Shown here piece by piece: positions 34,957-47,716 of a DNA stretch of 64,000 bases; position 1 is the first letter of the stretch; every line of letters begins with the position of its first letter. The notes beneath the pieces are model-generated. The model ran no database searches, had not been told where the DNA came from, and saw nothing but the letters and a program-made list of their open reading frames with translations. Source of the DNA: Moniliella sp. 'wahieum' (lineage: Eukaryota); the NCBI GenBank assembly GCA_003971905.1, contig RSEE01000032.1, forward strand, positions 496,001-560,000, given 5' to 3'. A program made the position numbers and the translations under genes.

Positions 34957-37900
34957 TTACATGTGCGAAGTGAAGACGGCTGCTTGGGACGGCATGGGGT
35001 CGTCGGTGTCGGTGTCGGGAAAAGCAAGCTGCTTCGCTTCCGCGTCCGGGCCATCGGCAGAGGGAGTGAGAGGATACGACCCAGGTGCCGAAGGCAGATC
35101 GTCCCGCCGTTTAATACCCAGGGTGGAGGAACGGCGTTCAGTAGGTGCATCCAGGACGGCGTGCAGACGTAGCTGCACCGTCTTGGTCACATCAGCGTTC
35201 TTGGTCTCGTGGATACGCACCAGAACCGTTAGGTCTTCCCCCGCATCATCGCCCTGGGCATTACCCTCTTCATTGTGGGCCGCAGTCTCTGCTTCACCTA
35301 GGGCTGTATGGGTGCGCCGGACTCGCACCCAGACAGCAATTCGTGCGGTGCGCCCCGCGTCCAGCGTGAGGGTAACTGCCGACGAGGGCGAGCGCTTCAG
35401 CTGTGTACCAGGTGCCACAGTTGAGTTGGAAGTGGTCCCAGCGACATCCTCTTCCTTGGCATCATCTCCTCCTTCCCCTCCCCCACATGGCCAGCTACGT
35501 CGAGTCCAGCGCCAAGCTGCTTAAGCTTGTCCTTGTACTTGGCAATCTTGTCCTCCTGGCCCTTGCGCAAGGCGATCTTGAGCTTTTGTGCTGCATGCTC
35601 AATTTCCTCTCTTGGGCCTGGGTGCGTACTTGTGGCTGCTGCACAGCATCTGCCGGCGTCAAAGCCAAGCCCACCTCGGCTACACAACGATGCGCCTGCA
35701 GCGTAGCACGGTCCACATCGACCGTAAAGGAACGAGGCTTGGAGGAAATGTTGTTGATTTGGAAGAAGGTGGGGTGCGACAGCTTCGTCCCGACTACAGC
35801 TCCCAGCGGCAAGACCGCTGGCATGACTGAGAAGTTGGGCACGCGACGAATGTGCGCCTTGACCACCACCGTTTGATCGTTGTCCCGATCCGCCACATTT
35901 TCCAATACCAACCGCTCATTCACCGACCCACTCATTGTGGGCGAAAAGCCAAACTCGACGGCCCGATGACCATAGCCCGGTACAATCCCAAACCGGCCCC
36001 CATGCGCAAGACGAATATCGCCACTGGCAATCGAGCCCGATTTCCGAATGCAGTAGCGCAGTGGCCATTCGGCTCGGTTGTGCACCACAATCTTACGCAC
36101 CTTCACCTCGCCGGGGTCAAGGGTGCCAAAGTTGATGGGGGCCCAGCTCCATTAAGCTGCGGCAGGTCACGGCCCGGATCATTAGTTCGCGCACAGGCAG
36201 CTCTTCCGGATCAAGGTGCGCAAGTGGGGCCAAGTCTGGTGAGCCGGACGACGACAAGAGGGAAGTGTCAAAGCGCAGGAGACGAAGGTAAATGCGCGAA
36301 TCTTGCTTGCGGGCATTCCCTTGAATGTGGGGCCGGGTGGAGCCATTGGGACGGTACACACACCAGACCTTGACTTGCTCACCAGGCTGGAGCGTGAGGG
36401 TGTCCACACGAGAAAGTTGGTCAGGGGAGGCCAAGACGCGCGCGAGGCGACGGTACAAGTTGATCTCGGTTCGCACCGCTCGTTCCTCTCGGTCCGGGCT
36501 ACCAAAGTAAATACTGTGCAGCTTGCTTGACTGTGCCTCCACGGCCGACAAGACTTGCTCCACTGTCAACTTAGACACATCGGTGAAGTCAGCCAACTTG
36601 GGCGCGCGCGCCTGCTGGCCCGTCAGCGCAGGAGCTCGGCGCCGTTTCGTCTCCTTTTCTGCCGTCTCAGTGAGAGCGACGGGATGTGCCGCAGTTGAAG
36701 GGGCAGCTGCCGATGTTGGGACTGGGGAAGAGGGTGACTTGGGTTGTCCTCCTTCCGCCGTGCTGACCGTCGGGCCTGGGGGCGGGGTACGATCTCCCGA
36801 TGTGGTAGAGGCAGGTGTGGGGGGTTGGAGGCGGTCGGTAGTTGGGACTGCTTCGTCCAAGGGATCATGCGCTTTCATCTCTCTCCCGAGGCGGTTGGGG
36901 CAGAAAGAGTAACATTTGGCGCAGATGCGGTCGGGACGGCGATCTGGTCCAGCACCTGGTACATCTTGCTCTTGGGCGAGATGCGGTGGGATGAGACGGG
37001 CGGGCCCGAGGCCAAGTCGAGCGACTCGAGTCCCTTCAGGGCGTGTGTCCTTGAACGTTGTGCCATTGTGATATCGCATAGTGACAGTCTTGTTACTCTT
37101 CCCCCACGTGCCGACGGAGCCAGCAAATTCGCGTTGGATCGTTGCCTGCTTAGCATGCCCCCACCTGTGCTCGTCCCACCGCTCGGGGGTGGTGGTTCGG
37201 TCTTCTTGCCCTCTTTGTTCGACGATTCGGCAGGGGCAGGCTCATTGGACTTCCCCGAGGCGGTAATTGAAGGGGAGGTGTCCTTCCGCAGACGACGCTT
37301 GGTGTGCGCGTGTTTCTGTGCCAGACGCCACGACGCATTCTCCTTGCGGATGGTGGTGGGGGAATCCGTCGACAAGGTCTCTAAGAAACGTTCTTTGAAC
37401 CCAGTGTCGGAAAACGTCTTGCCTGCCGCTCCACTCGGCTCTTCCCGCCCATGCCCCGAGGCTTGAGGAGGCGTGGTGCATCCTTCACCGGAAGTGCCAC
37501 CCTTCCTATCTTGCTTTGGCGCTGGGGCAGCACCCGTCTCAGCCGCATGGGGCGCATCGGGTTGTACGGGCTGGGTTGGCGGGGGCGTCGACTGGGCAGT
37601 CTCCTTGGCATGGGATGGAGGAACAAAAATGCCCAAGTCTTCAGGCTGAGCAGGAGCCACCTCGAGCGTGAGTAGGGAAGGGGAGGTATTTTCGATAGTG
37701 AATGAACGCACAGCGGGCGAGTTAATGTACACATCGCCAAAGTCGATGAAGTTGGCGCCGGACGGAGTGAGGATGCGGTAAAAGAGAGAGTGAAGCGAAA
37801 TACGTTGGGTATCCAAGTTCCGCGACCGCACTTCAAAGATCTGGTCATTTTCCCGGTTGAACAAGTTGGTCACGGTCAATTGTTTGCGGTACTGGGAGTT

Positions 37901-40900
37901 GACCCGACGAGGGAAGAAGTCGAGTTTCAGCCCGACCGTTTGACCAGGAGCGATCGGTACTTCATCCCGATACATGCTCAATACTTTACTCACGAACCGA
38001 ACATCCACCCGTGCCGTCAGCTGCGACTCGTTGCGCACGTACAACGTCCCCGTTTTGCGTGCACCCACACTCGTCTCACCAAAATCGAGCACCTTGGGGG
38101 AAATAGTGATGAATGAAGTGCAAGTTCTTGCCTTGACTCGTACCGTCCGCCGCACGATGGCGCCACCATGGGGTGAGCGTGTGTCGACAAACAAGTTGAA
38201 AGAGACCTCCTTCAGCTTTCCGGCGGAAAACGAGGGGTCAGGAACTCCCTTTGTTGGGCAGTAACTGACCAAGACTCTCGTTTCACTTTGCGGAGGGAGC
38301 GAGACCCGCGACATGTAGGGTGCATCAGGCGCCGATGGCAAGGGATCAGGACGGGCACCACTGGCCAAGGTCTGGCGGGTCCCCGCGCCCAAAACTGAGC
38401 CCATTGGCGTGCTTGTTGTCCCCCCGGCTGAGACACCTCGGACAAGCGATGATGTTGACGAGGGTGCACCGGGAGGGAGGAGTAGCGAGCCCGAGCCTGT
38501 TCGGTTGGAAAGGGCAGAGATCGTAGTTGGTGGAGGATATGCGCTGCGGCGACTGTCAACCGAATTGGATGTGACCTCGGACCAGGCTGAGCCATCGTCT
38601 GCTCTGCTAGCGGCCAGGGAGCTTTTGCTCGGATAACGCGACAGGGGGTGATGGAGCGAGCGCGGCGTATCGGGTCGGGATCCCGTAGCGCCTGCCCAGC
38701 TACTTTGAATCGACGTGGGGAGCGCATCGTGGTCACATGGTTGATGTCAGCGGCCGTTAGACGGGGGGAGTGCAAACTTCCCGCCTCTGACGCATTCGAG
38801 TCCGCATCCTGCTCAGCAGCCATGGGAATGGGTGAGGTCAAGGAAGCATAGGACAAAGGCGATAGGATCATCTCCCCTGGAGATACGACCGAACCCAGAT
38901 TCAGGGGGGGAGGTGTTTCCAAAGCCCCTTCATTCCCAATCATAGTCATCAGTGATTGTTTCCCACCACCAGGCACAGGCGTACGAAGGGCGTGCATCGC
39001 TGGTGTTTCTTCCGCCTCTGCACTTGCCCCAGAGCTGCTGTCCGAAACGGGCTTACTTCCCACGTCTTGGGTCAAAGGGTGCTGGTCTGGAACGAAGGCG
39101 ACACCAGGGTTCGGACCCAGTTTGCTGTCCACGGTGCCAGTCGAATCTGCTGTACTCCCCTTGAGGCTGGTGGAGCACGAAAGACTGCTAGATCCACGTC
39201 TGGGTACGGTGGGGACCAGAATTGTATCAGGCAAGGCAAGCCTGGCACGTTCAAATGTCACCTCGTAGCCCTGGGTGGCCGAAAGGTCCACGTCGAGCGT
39301 CGCATGTGAGGTGTTGACCAGGAGGAGCAATTGACGGGTCCAACGACCGCCCACCATGTCCCCCATATCAAGAACGGGCGGAGCCGCCATTGACGACTGG
39401 GACCACGAAGATGGGCCCGAGGTTAAGGCCGAGTCCGGAGCCGCATTCGACGCAGGCATGATTGGCGCTGAAAAGGGTAACCCGGCGTCACGTACTGGAG
39501 GGGCTGGAAGGTCCCCGGCAGGTAGAACAAGAAGGGGGTCATCCTGCGGCGGAGGAGCCAGAATGGAGGCACGCAAAAAGAGGTGCAATGTGTTGGATGT
39601 ATCATGCAGGTTGGTGACTGTGATAGTCCGGCGGAAGGTCGAGCCGGCCTGAGCATGGCACAAAAGGGGCGACAGGCGCACTGTCACCCGGCGTGCAGTG
39701 AAGGCGGGGATCCAGATCGGATAAAAGGGCCGGGCGTCCAATGTGGAAGACCGGTCATCATTGTTATCGAACCATGCGCAGAACAGATGTGTTTGCCGCG
39801 TTGCTGTCGGGGCATAGCGACCCATCCAGTAATTGGACAGGGTTGGGCAGTACAGAGGCGCTTCCCTCTCCGGGGCCCAATCTGGCTTGGACACAGCACG
39901 CGATTTGAGACACATTCTGGATCAGTAAAGACGCCTCTACTGCTTCTCCAGCCAGACAGACACCCATATCCAGCGTCAGAGACGATGATCCTTGACCCAT
40001 AGAGAAAGAAGGCGCAGAGCTTGAACCAGTCGTGCTGACTCCAGTACCCGATCCTGATGGGATAGCCGCTGGCGCTTTCCCTTTCCCTTTCCCTCCAGCA
40101 GTGGCAATACCAGAAGGGGAGGGCCCCTGGTTTAGCTGGCCGGGAATAGGGGCGAGACGAATCTGTGGCTTGACAAACGATGCTCGGAGAGGCAATGTCA
40201 TCGTCTGTGCCGCCCCTTCGGCTCCCTCGGCGAGGAGAGGGGTGCCTGTTGCTGTGACGATCCCACGAACAAATAGTTCATGGTGGACGTGATGCGTTGG
40301 AGAACCATCCTGGCCCATCTTGGTAAACCCTTCCCCCTGGGTTTGAGAACAAACATTGGAGGGAATGGACGGAGGAGCAGACGTGCTGTCCTCCGACCAA
40401 TGGGAAGAAGATTGCGAGCCCGACGAGACAGTCCGAGGTCCTGCAGCCATCAGCAGCGTTGGGTCAGCTACTGGCCCTTTCGCCGCCACTGACCCTGCGG
40501 AAGCCGGGTCGGAAGGAGGAAGCGCTGGCATCCCGCCAGATCTTCGTCGGGCAGAGCGCTGGTTTCGCTCATGCTGGGAAACGATCCGCTTGGGCCGGAA
40601 GAGAACAAATATATTTTGGGCGTGTTGGGGGGCAATGACGACCCCTCGTCTCGCAGTTCGGACAGGCTCGCTGAGATTTCGCGGAGTTGGGCCAGCTTGT
40701 TGGGACTCAAACCGTCATTTTCAGCCCAGTTCAGCGAGTTGGTTGCCCAGGAAACTGCGTCTAGGGCTAAAAACAGCAAAGGGTTAGTTTTGCGGCTTTC
40801 GCTTGAGAAGCACGACGTACCTGATACGTTGTTTCCATCCGGTGCAGACAAACTGCTGAGCATAAACGAGACAGCATCGCACAAGTCCGAGCTCAAACGC

Positions 40901-41862
40901 AAACGAACATGCGTAGTTGGAGATGGGTTGGAAAAGCACATCCTCTGTAACCCAGGAGCATGATTGAGGTAAAGGTGGGGTAACGCAATCACGGGGGGGC
41001 TCTCGAGAGTGAAGAGTGAAGTTGTCAGGGACCCGGGGGGTACCGAAACAAGCAAAGAGGAGAGTTCCGCATCCTGGGCGGCTTGCTCAATGCCACATGC
41101 GTCTGCTCCTTCCGAAGCAGAAGCTGGCCGGCTTTGGGCCTCACCTGAAGAACTTGTAATTGCCGCTGCCGCAAGTGATGCTAGCGAGACTTGGTCAACG
41201 GGGGGTGAGCCATTGTCTAGTGCACGGGAGGGTATGGATGGCAGCTCGCGTGCTGGGGGGGAGAGGGCTGTAGCCCTCTGCCAAGTGACCGGACGAGCCA
41301 GCTGCGGCGGGTGCAGTCTTTGCGTCATCAGACTGCGTTGGAGAGCGAGACGACAAGCGTGGAGAGAGAGCTGGGTGTGAAGACGCGGAGGAAGATTCTG
41401 ATACCGGCGGGGGCACGGTGTGGGGTGACATGGTGACGGGTTCAGCCGAAGCATTGGAAGCTGCAATCGCCGCGGCTTGAACGACTGGCTGCGGGGGCGG
41501 GGGTGAAGTACGAGACAATGGATGCGACGGGGGATGCAAGTGCGAATTCGAAGGCGGATGAGGAGGATGGCGCGGGGAGGCGTGGGCCTGGGCCTGAGAA
41601 TGGGAATGGGCATGAGCCGAGACCTGGTGTCGGCGGCGACTGGGATGATGGGGATGGCTTCGACTGAAGCGCTGCTGCGGCGGGGGGTGCGGGCGACGCT
41701 CATAGACTTCTGCGGCCTCGCCCAGGACACGCTCAAAGGCACCGACGAAACGGGTTGGAGGCGTGTCGGATTTAGGAGCAGAGCTGGCGGTAGAGGTGGG
41801 TTTGGGGGTGCCTGTACTGCCACCTCCACCTCCGCCGCCGCCGTCGGGGTCGGAGTCGTCAT
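34957..41862 (-). CDS. Large (~2300 aa) uncharacterised protein with multiple ASH/PapD-like Ig-fold repeats separated by disordered linkers
   Basis: Overlapping minus-strand ORFs 40468..42402 (ATG at 41862), 39764..40531, 38212..39915, 36875..38404, 36117..37079, 35495..36106 and 34957..35418 chain through frameshifts. They repeat (L/I)(D/N)(F/M)G..(L/I)xN motifs: LDMGVCLAG..LLIQN, LDMGDMVGG..LLVN, LDFGETSVG..LYVRN, IDFGDVYIN..FTIEN, INFG..IVVHN. Confidence 0.75.
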
Positions 41863-42947
41863 CGGCGGCTGCCGCTGCGGACGCCCCCGAAGAGGGGCGG
41901 GCAAGGGCGGACGACATGGGCGGTGGGGATGGGCGGGCGGAAGGAAGGGATGGGGGTGAGGGTGGGGCTCCAGCTGCGGGTGCGGGTGCGATGGGGCGCT
42001 GGCAGGCGGGTGGTGGAGGCGGGGGGGGCTGGCGATGGCGAGGGTCGAGTGTCGTCGGCGAGCCACCGAGGAGCTGACGCGCTCAGGTGCCGTTCTATAA
42101 TGGCCTGTGTCCCGCCGCTGCGCACTGGCGCCAGGCGGGAAGCCCAGGCGCAACCCTAGCGCTGGGCGCCAGGCGTCACACGACTCTGGTCTCGGCCCAG
42201 CCGAAGGCGACGGCGGGTTGCAGGCCTGCATGCCGCACACCCGCCTGCCCGCATCCATCCGGCCGGCGCAGCCTCCGCACCGCCCTCGCCGCCCTCGCGC
42301 CCGCGCCCACCGCCCCGGCGCTCTCTGCCGCCATCCCAGGCCGATCGGCGTTGGCGCCCGTGTGGGGGCCATGTCTATGTGTACTCCTGCCACGCGCCCC
42401 ATCAGACCTGCCTCTCTACGTTAAAGTACCTGGCCGGGGGCAATAAGCTTCGCAGGAGCGCTTCAAATTCAATCCATTCCGAACACGCGCCTGCCCCACC
42501 CAACGTTCACCCCCGCTTCCCGCAGCCCACGTACTCTGCCGCGCTCAGCTGCATTCAGCGCTCAGTCGCTTCTCGCAGTCCAGCACCCAAGGCAGTGCTG
42601 GGCTCGATGATTGATCGGTAGCTTGAGGCAGCTAGAGGTGCATACGTCTTTTTCAATGCGTCATTTTTACAGAACGGCCAGTCCGACCCAAGCGGATGTC
42701 TTACCAGTTTGCCTTGCTAATCTTCCTCGTTCTCAAACTTCCCAGCCCTTCCAGCTGAAGAACAAAACATCTGCCAGTCGAAATGCGGCGGAATAGTGTC
42801 AAGAGGTGGGGGCAGAAATCACCAACCCAATTCCGCCGGCCACTTTTGTGTTGCGCATAGACCAACTTGGCTTCGATCGAACCGTCTCAACTCCTCGACT
42901 CTCCCTCAACACTCGCAAGTTCCACCAGTCCTTCACGCTTTGCCCGC

Positions 42948-44427
42948 ATGGCCTCTGTCGACAAGCTTGCGGACCGCCTGGATGGCGCCGACATCTCTTC
43001 CACAGCTACTTCTTCCGATGCGCCAGCTTCATCGGCAGCACCGGCCGCGCCTTCCTCCGACAAGCCCGCTGAGGCTTCTGGCCCTGCCGAGGGGGCCGAG
43101 AGCAGTATGTTCCTTCATTTCTTTCTCTCTCACGTCTCCACATCTCCTCACCTTCTGACTTTGTGTGGGAGCAGATCTGCTTTCGTCCAGCTATGATGTC
43201 CAGGTCACGCTCGCCGACCAGCAGGCCGACCCTGACTCGCCGCTCTACAGCGTGAAGAGCTTTGACGACCTGGGCTTGCATCCCGACTTGCTTAAGGGAG
43301 TCTACGCCATGAAATTCACCAAGCCCAGTAAGATTCAAGAGCGTGCACTCCCTCTTCTGCTCCAGAACCCTCCGCGCAACATGATTGGCCAGTCCCAGTC
43401 GGGAACCGGCAAGACAGCCGCGTTTGTGCTGGACATGCTGAGCCGGATCGACTTTACCTTGGACCAGCCTCAGGCACTGGCCTTGGCCCCTGGGCGTGAA
43501 CTGGCACGCCAAACCATGGATGTGGTCCAGGAGATGGGAAAATTTACTCCGGTAAAGACCCTCCTCGCTGTTCCCGATGCCCCCGGCGCTAAGCGCAGCC
43601 AAAAGACGACGGCCCAGCTGATTGTGGGTACCCCAGGCAAGGTTCAAGAACTGATCAAGTACAAGGCACTCGACCCAACCAACATCAAGGTCTTTGTTCT
43701 GGATGAAGCCGATAATATGCTGGATCAGCAGGGCCTCGGAGACCAGTCCATTCGGACCAAAACATGATGCCCCCAAACTGTCAGATTGTTCTCTTTTCCG
43801 CTACCTTTCCGACCACGTTCGCGAGTTTGCAAGCAAAATGGCCCCGGGCGCGAACGAGATCCGTCTCAAACAAGAAGAGCTCAATGTGGATGCCATCAAC
43901 AGTTCTTTATGGACTGTGACAGTGAGGATGACAAATTCCGCGTCCTTTTGGAGCTCTACCATCCTCACCATTGGCCAATCAATCATCTTCGTTGGGAAGC
44001 GGGCCACGGCGGATAAGATTGCCAACAAGCTGATTGCTGAGGGAAACAAGGTCGCTTCGCTTCATGGTGCTCTCGATACGCATGAACGTGACGCCAAGAT
44101 CGATGCCTTCCGCGCTGGGGAGTGCAAAGTACTGATCACGACCAACGTGCTTGCTCGAGGCATTGACGTATCTCAAGTCACCGTCGTGATCAACTACGAC
44201 ATGCCTAGGACACCTTCGGGCAAGCCCGATGTTAGACGTACGTCCATCGCATTGGGCGTACTGGCCGATTCGGCCGGACGGGCATCAGCATTAATTTTGT
44301 CGACAGCAAGGAGGCGTGGGAAGATATGCACGCCTTTGAGGTCGCGCTACACACGACCATTACTCCTGTCGACACCAAGGACCTGGAGGAGATGGAGGCA
44401 ACGATCAAGAAGGCTCTGAAAAAGTAA
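42948..44427 (+). CDS. DBP5: DEAD-box RNA helicase Dbp5 (mRNA export)
   Basis: [98 protein letters not shown]. Intron 43105..43174. Confidence 0.96.
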
Positions 44428-45023
44428 CCGCCCGCTCATATTTTCTTCCCTACTCTGTTCTATACCTCAGCCGCCGCGCCACACACAACGACTGTGGCCG
44501 CCTGGCCATGTACGCTCTCATCGAGACCTATCCTACCTTGCATTATTGGCCGGATGTGATTTGCTTTTATCTGTACACGATCCCGATCAGTCTTTGTAGG
44601 CCTTTGGTGTGAGCCTCAAGCCTTATGCATCTGGTGACGAGAACTTCGCGTGCTGTTCCAAGGGTGACCCATCATGGTGATGGGCCATAGGCCCCTCCTG
44701 CGGCTTTCAATCAGTGCGCTCCGCCATCGGTGCAAAGGACCATCCCAGGCTCCACCCTCATCCATACGTCACGTGCTACCTCCCGACATTTCTAAGCCCG
44801 GCGCTCCCCGCGAGAGGAGGGACAGCGGCAGTCAAGCCCTGGCCCGCACAGCGCCAGTGTTCCAGCGCCAGCACGAGCTCACAAGCCCGCACCCGGCCAG
44901 TCTCTTCGTTTCAGCACGGGGCAAGTGTGCGATGCTGGGACGCTGGCCAGCTTTCTTCCCGCCGCGGCTGCATTGCTTGGCTCGCTCCAACCACCGGCTG
45001 CCTCTGGTCCCACCTCCGCCATC

Positions 45024-46720
45024 ATGCTCGCCCGTCACGCTGGTTTCGCTGGCCTTGCCGCCCGCGCTGTGCCCCGCGCTGCTATGCGCGCCGCTCCCGC
45101 AGCTGCCCTGCGCGCTGCTGTCCCCACTGCGCCTGCTCTTGCCCGCGGCTACGCCGCCAAGGCTGCTGCCTCTGAGGTGTCTTCGATCCTCGAGCAGCGC
45201 ATCGCTGGCGCCGAGAGCGGCTTTGACGTCCAGGAGACGGGCCGTGTTCTGAGTAAGTAACACACTGGTTCTTTCTCTTCCCCTGCTAATTTTCTCTCTT
45301 TAGCCATCGGTGACGGTATTGCCCGTGTCTACGGTCTGCGCAACGTTCAAGCTGAGGAGATGGTTGAATTCCAGTCGGGTGTTCGTGGTATGTGCCTCAA
45401 CTTGGAAGCCGACAACGTCGGTGTGACGATTTTCGGTAACGACCGTAGCATCAAGGAGGGTGACTCGGTCAAGCGTACCGGCCAGATTGTGGACGTGCCT
45501 GTCGGTCCCGAGCTGCTGGGCCGTGTGGTGGATGCTCTGGGTACCCCCATTGATGGCAAGGGCCCTTAACGCTACCACCCGCCGCCGTATCTCGCTTAAG
45601 GCCCCCGGTATTCTGCCGCGTCGCTCGGTCAACGAGCCCATGGCCACTGGTATCAAGCCCATTGATGCCATGGTGCCCATTGGCCGTGGCCAGCGTGAGC
45701 TGATCATTGGTGACCGTCACGGGTAAGACGTCTGTTTGCGCTCGACACCATCCTCAACCAGAAGCGCTGGAACGACGGTGACGAGGAGAAAAGAAGCTGT
45801 ACTGTGTCTACGTTGCTGTGGGCCAGAACGTTCGACCGTTGCTCAGTTCGTCAAGGTGCTTGAGCAGCGTGACGCGATGAAGTACTCCATTGTCGTGGCT
45901 GCCACTGCGTCGGAGGCTGCCCCTCTCCATACTCGCTCCCTTCTCGGGCTGCGCCATTGGCGAATGGTTCCGTGACAACGGCAAGCACGCCCTGATCGTG
46001 TACGATGACCTGTCGAAGCAGGCTGTTGCCTACCGTCAAATGTCGCTGCTGCTTCGTCGTCCCCCGGTCGTGAGGCCTACCCGGTGACGTCTTCTACCTT
46101 CACTCGCGTCTGCTCGAGCGTGCAGCCAGATGAACGACTCTCTTGGTGGCGGCTCGCTCACTGCGCTGCCCGTGATTGAGACCCATGGGTGTGACGTGTC
46201 GGCGTTTATTCCACCAACGTCATTTCTATCACCGACGGCCAGATCTTCTTGGAGGCCGAGCTGTTCTACAAGGGTGTCCGTCCTGCCGTCAACGTCGTCT
46301 GTCCGTGTCGCGTGTCGGTTCGGCTGCCCAGACCAAGGTGTACAAGGCGTTGCTGGTTCCCTCAAGCTCTACCTTGCCCAGTACCGTGAGTTGGCTGCGT
46401 TTGCCCAATTCGGTTCGGACTTGGACGCTGGTACCCGCTACACGCTCGAGCGTGGCGCGCGTCTGACGGAGCTGCTCAAACAGGGCCTGTTCCACCCTCT
46501 CGGTGTGGAGATCCAGGTGCCGATCATTTACGCTGGTGTCAACGGTCTGCTCGACACGGTGCCCGTGGACCAGATTGTGGCATGGGAGGAGAACTTCCGC
46601 GAGTTCCTCACCACCAAGCCGGAACTGCTGGCCGAGATTGCCAAGGCACGATGACCAAGGAGCTCGACGCGCAGATCAAGTCGGTCGTCCAGAGCACGTG
46701 TCGGGTTTCTCGCCAAGTAA
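45024..46720 (+). CDS. ATP1: Mitochondrial ATP synthase F1 subunit alpha (many frameshifts)
   Basis: Presequence [94 protein letters not shown]. Intron 45253..45303. Confidence 0.96.
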
Positions 46721-47184
46721 GCACGCCGTATGCCAATCTGCTTACCCTCGCATCCAGTTTGCTCATGTGTTCCAAGCCATGGAGGTCGCCGGGTCAAGCT
46801 GCTGCTGCAGGCGCCCTCGTCGCCCCCACTTTCGGGGGGCGACAAATCCAAAGATGTGGCCTCAAGAACCTTTCAAATAGGCTAGTGGTTTGTGCAGATC
46901 GATAGTTGTGCCGGGTGTACGACGGGAGCAACCCAAGAATTGGGGTGGTGAAGCTCGGAAAATATAGAGCGATACAATCGTGGTGGTGGTCAAGAGGCCC
47001 CAGTCCAATATTGCCTTCTGCCACACGTGGAAGAGACAGGGGGTTCGAACAAGCGGGAGTATGCACGTGGAGGCTTCCGAGACCAAACAAGAGGCAAGGC
47101 GTGATACTCGATAAGGCGCATCGGCCTGTATGTACCGGATCGCGGGTCCCAACAGGTCCCGCCAGCCCCCAACAACCAGTGGAG

Positions 47185-47272
47185 GCTTCAAGCGCTTCAA
47201 GCTGTTCAAGTGCTTCAATTGACTAGCGACTGCCACTGATATATACTGACGCCAAGCTCCAAGCTTCACGCT
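47185..47272. repeat. (GCTTCAAGC)-type 9/7-nt palindromic array upstream of the desaturase
   Basis: gcttcaagcgcttcaagctgttcaagtgcttcaa ... ccaagctccaagcttcacgctt. Confidence 0.75.
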
Positions 47273-47716
47273 TCCCTTGGTACTTTTAATCACGCAGTCC
47301 AGTGACGAGGTGAAGAGCTGGGAAGGGTGATGTCGGACGCATGATGCAGCGTCCTGCCCACGGTCCGGCTGCGCGCCCCCTTGCATTCCCGGCGTTTCCC
47401 GGCGCTGCAAGCGGCACGTGCGGTGGTCATATTTCCAGCACCCGCCTGATTTCAAATTCGCAGCGCGCCTCCCTCGCCAGGCCGCAGCGCGTCGCTGGCT
47501 TTCACAGGATCCACCGCCCACAGCAGCTGGCTCGCACTGGCCCAGTCTGCCGCTGTAATCGCGTCGTCCCAGACCAGCGGACGCCATCCACCGTGCGCAC
47601 TCTGTTGCGGCTTGAATAATTTTCCTTCCACACGTTGCTGGTCCCACGGAATCTGTAAATCTGCCGCCTTAAAGCAAAGCATATCCCTCTTTTCGTCTCC
47701 CGCCCACCACCCTCCC

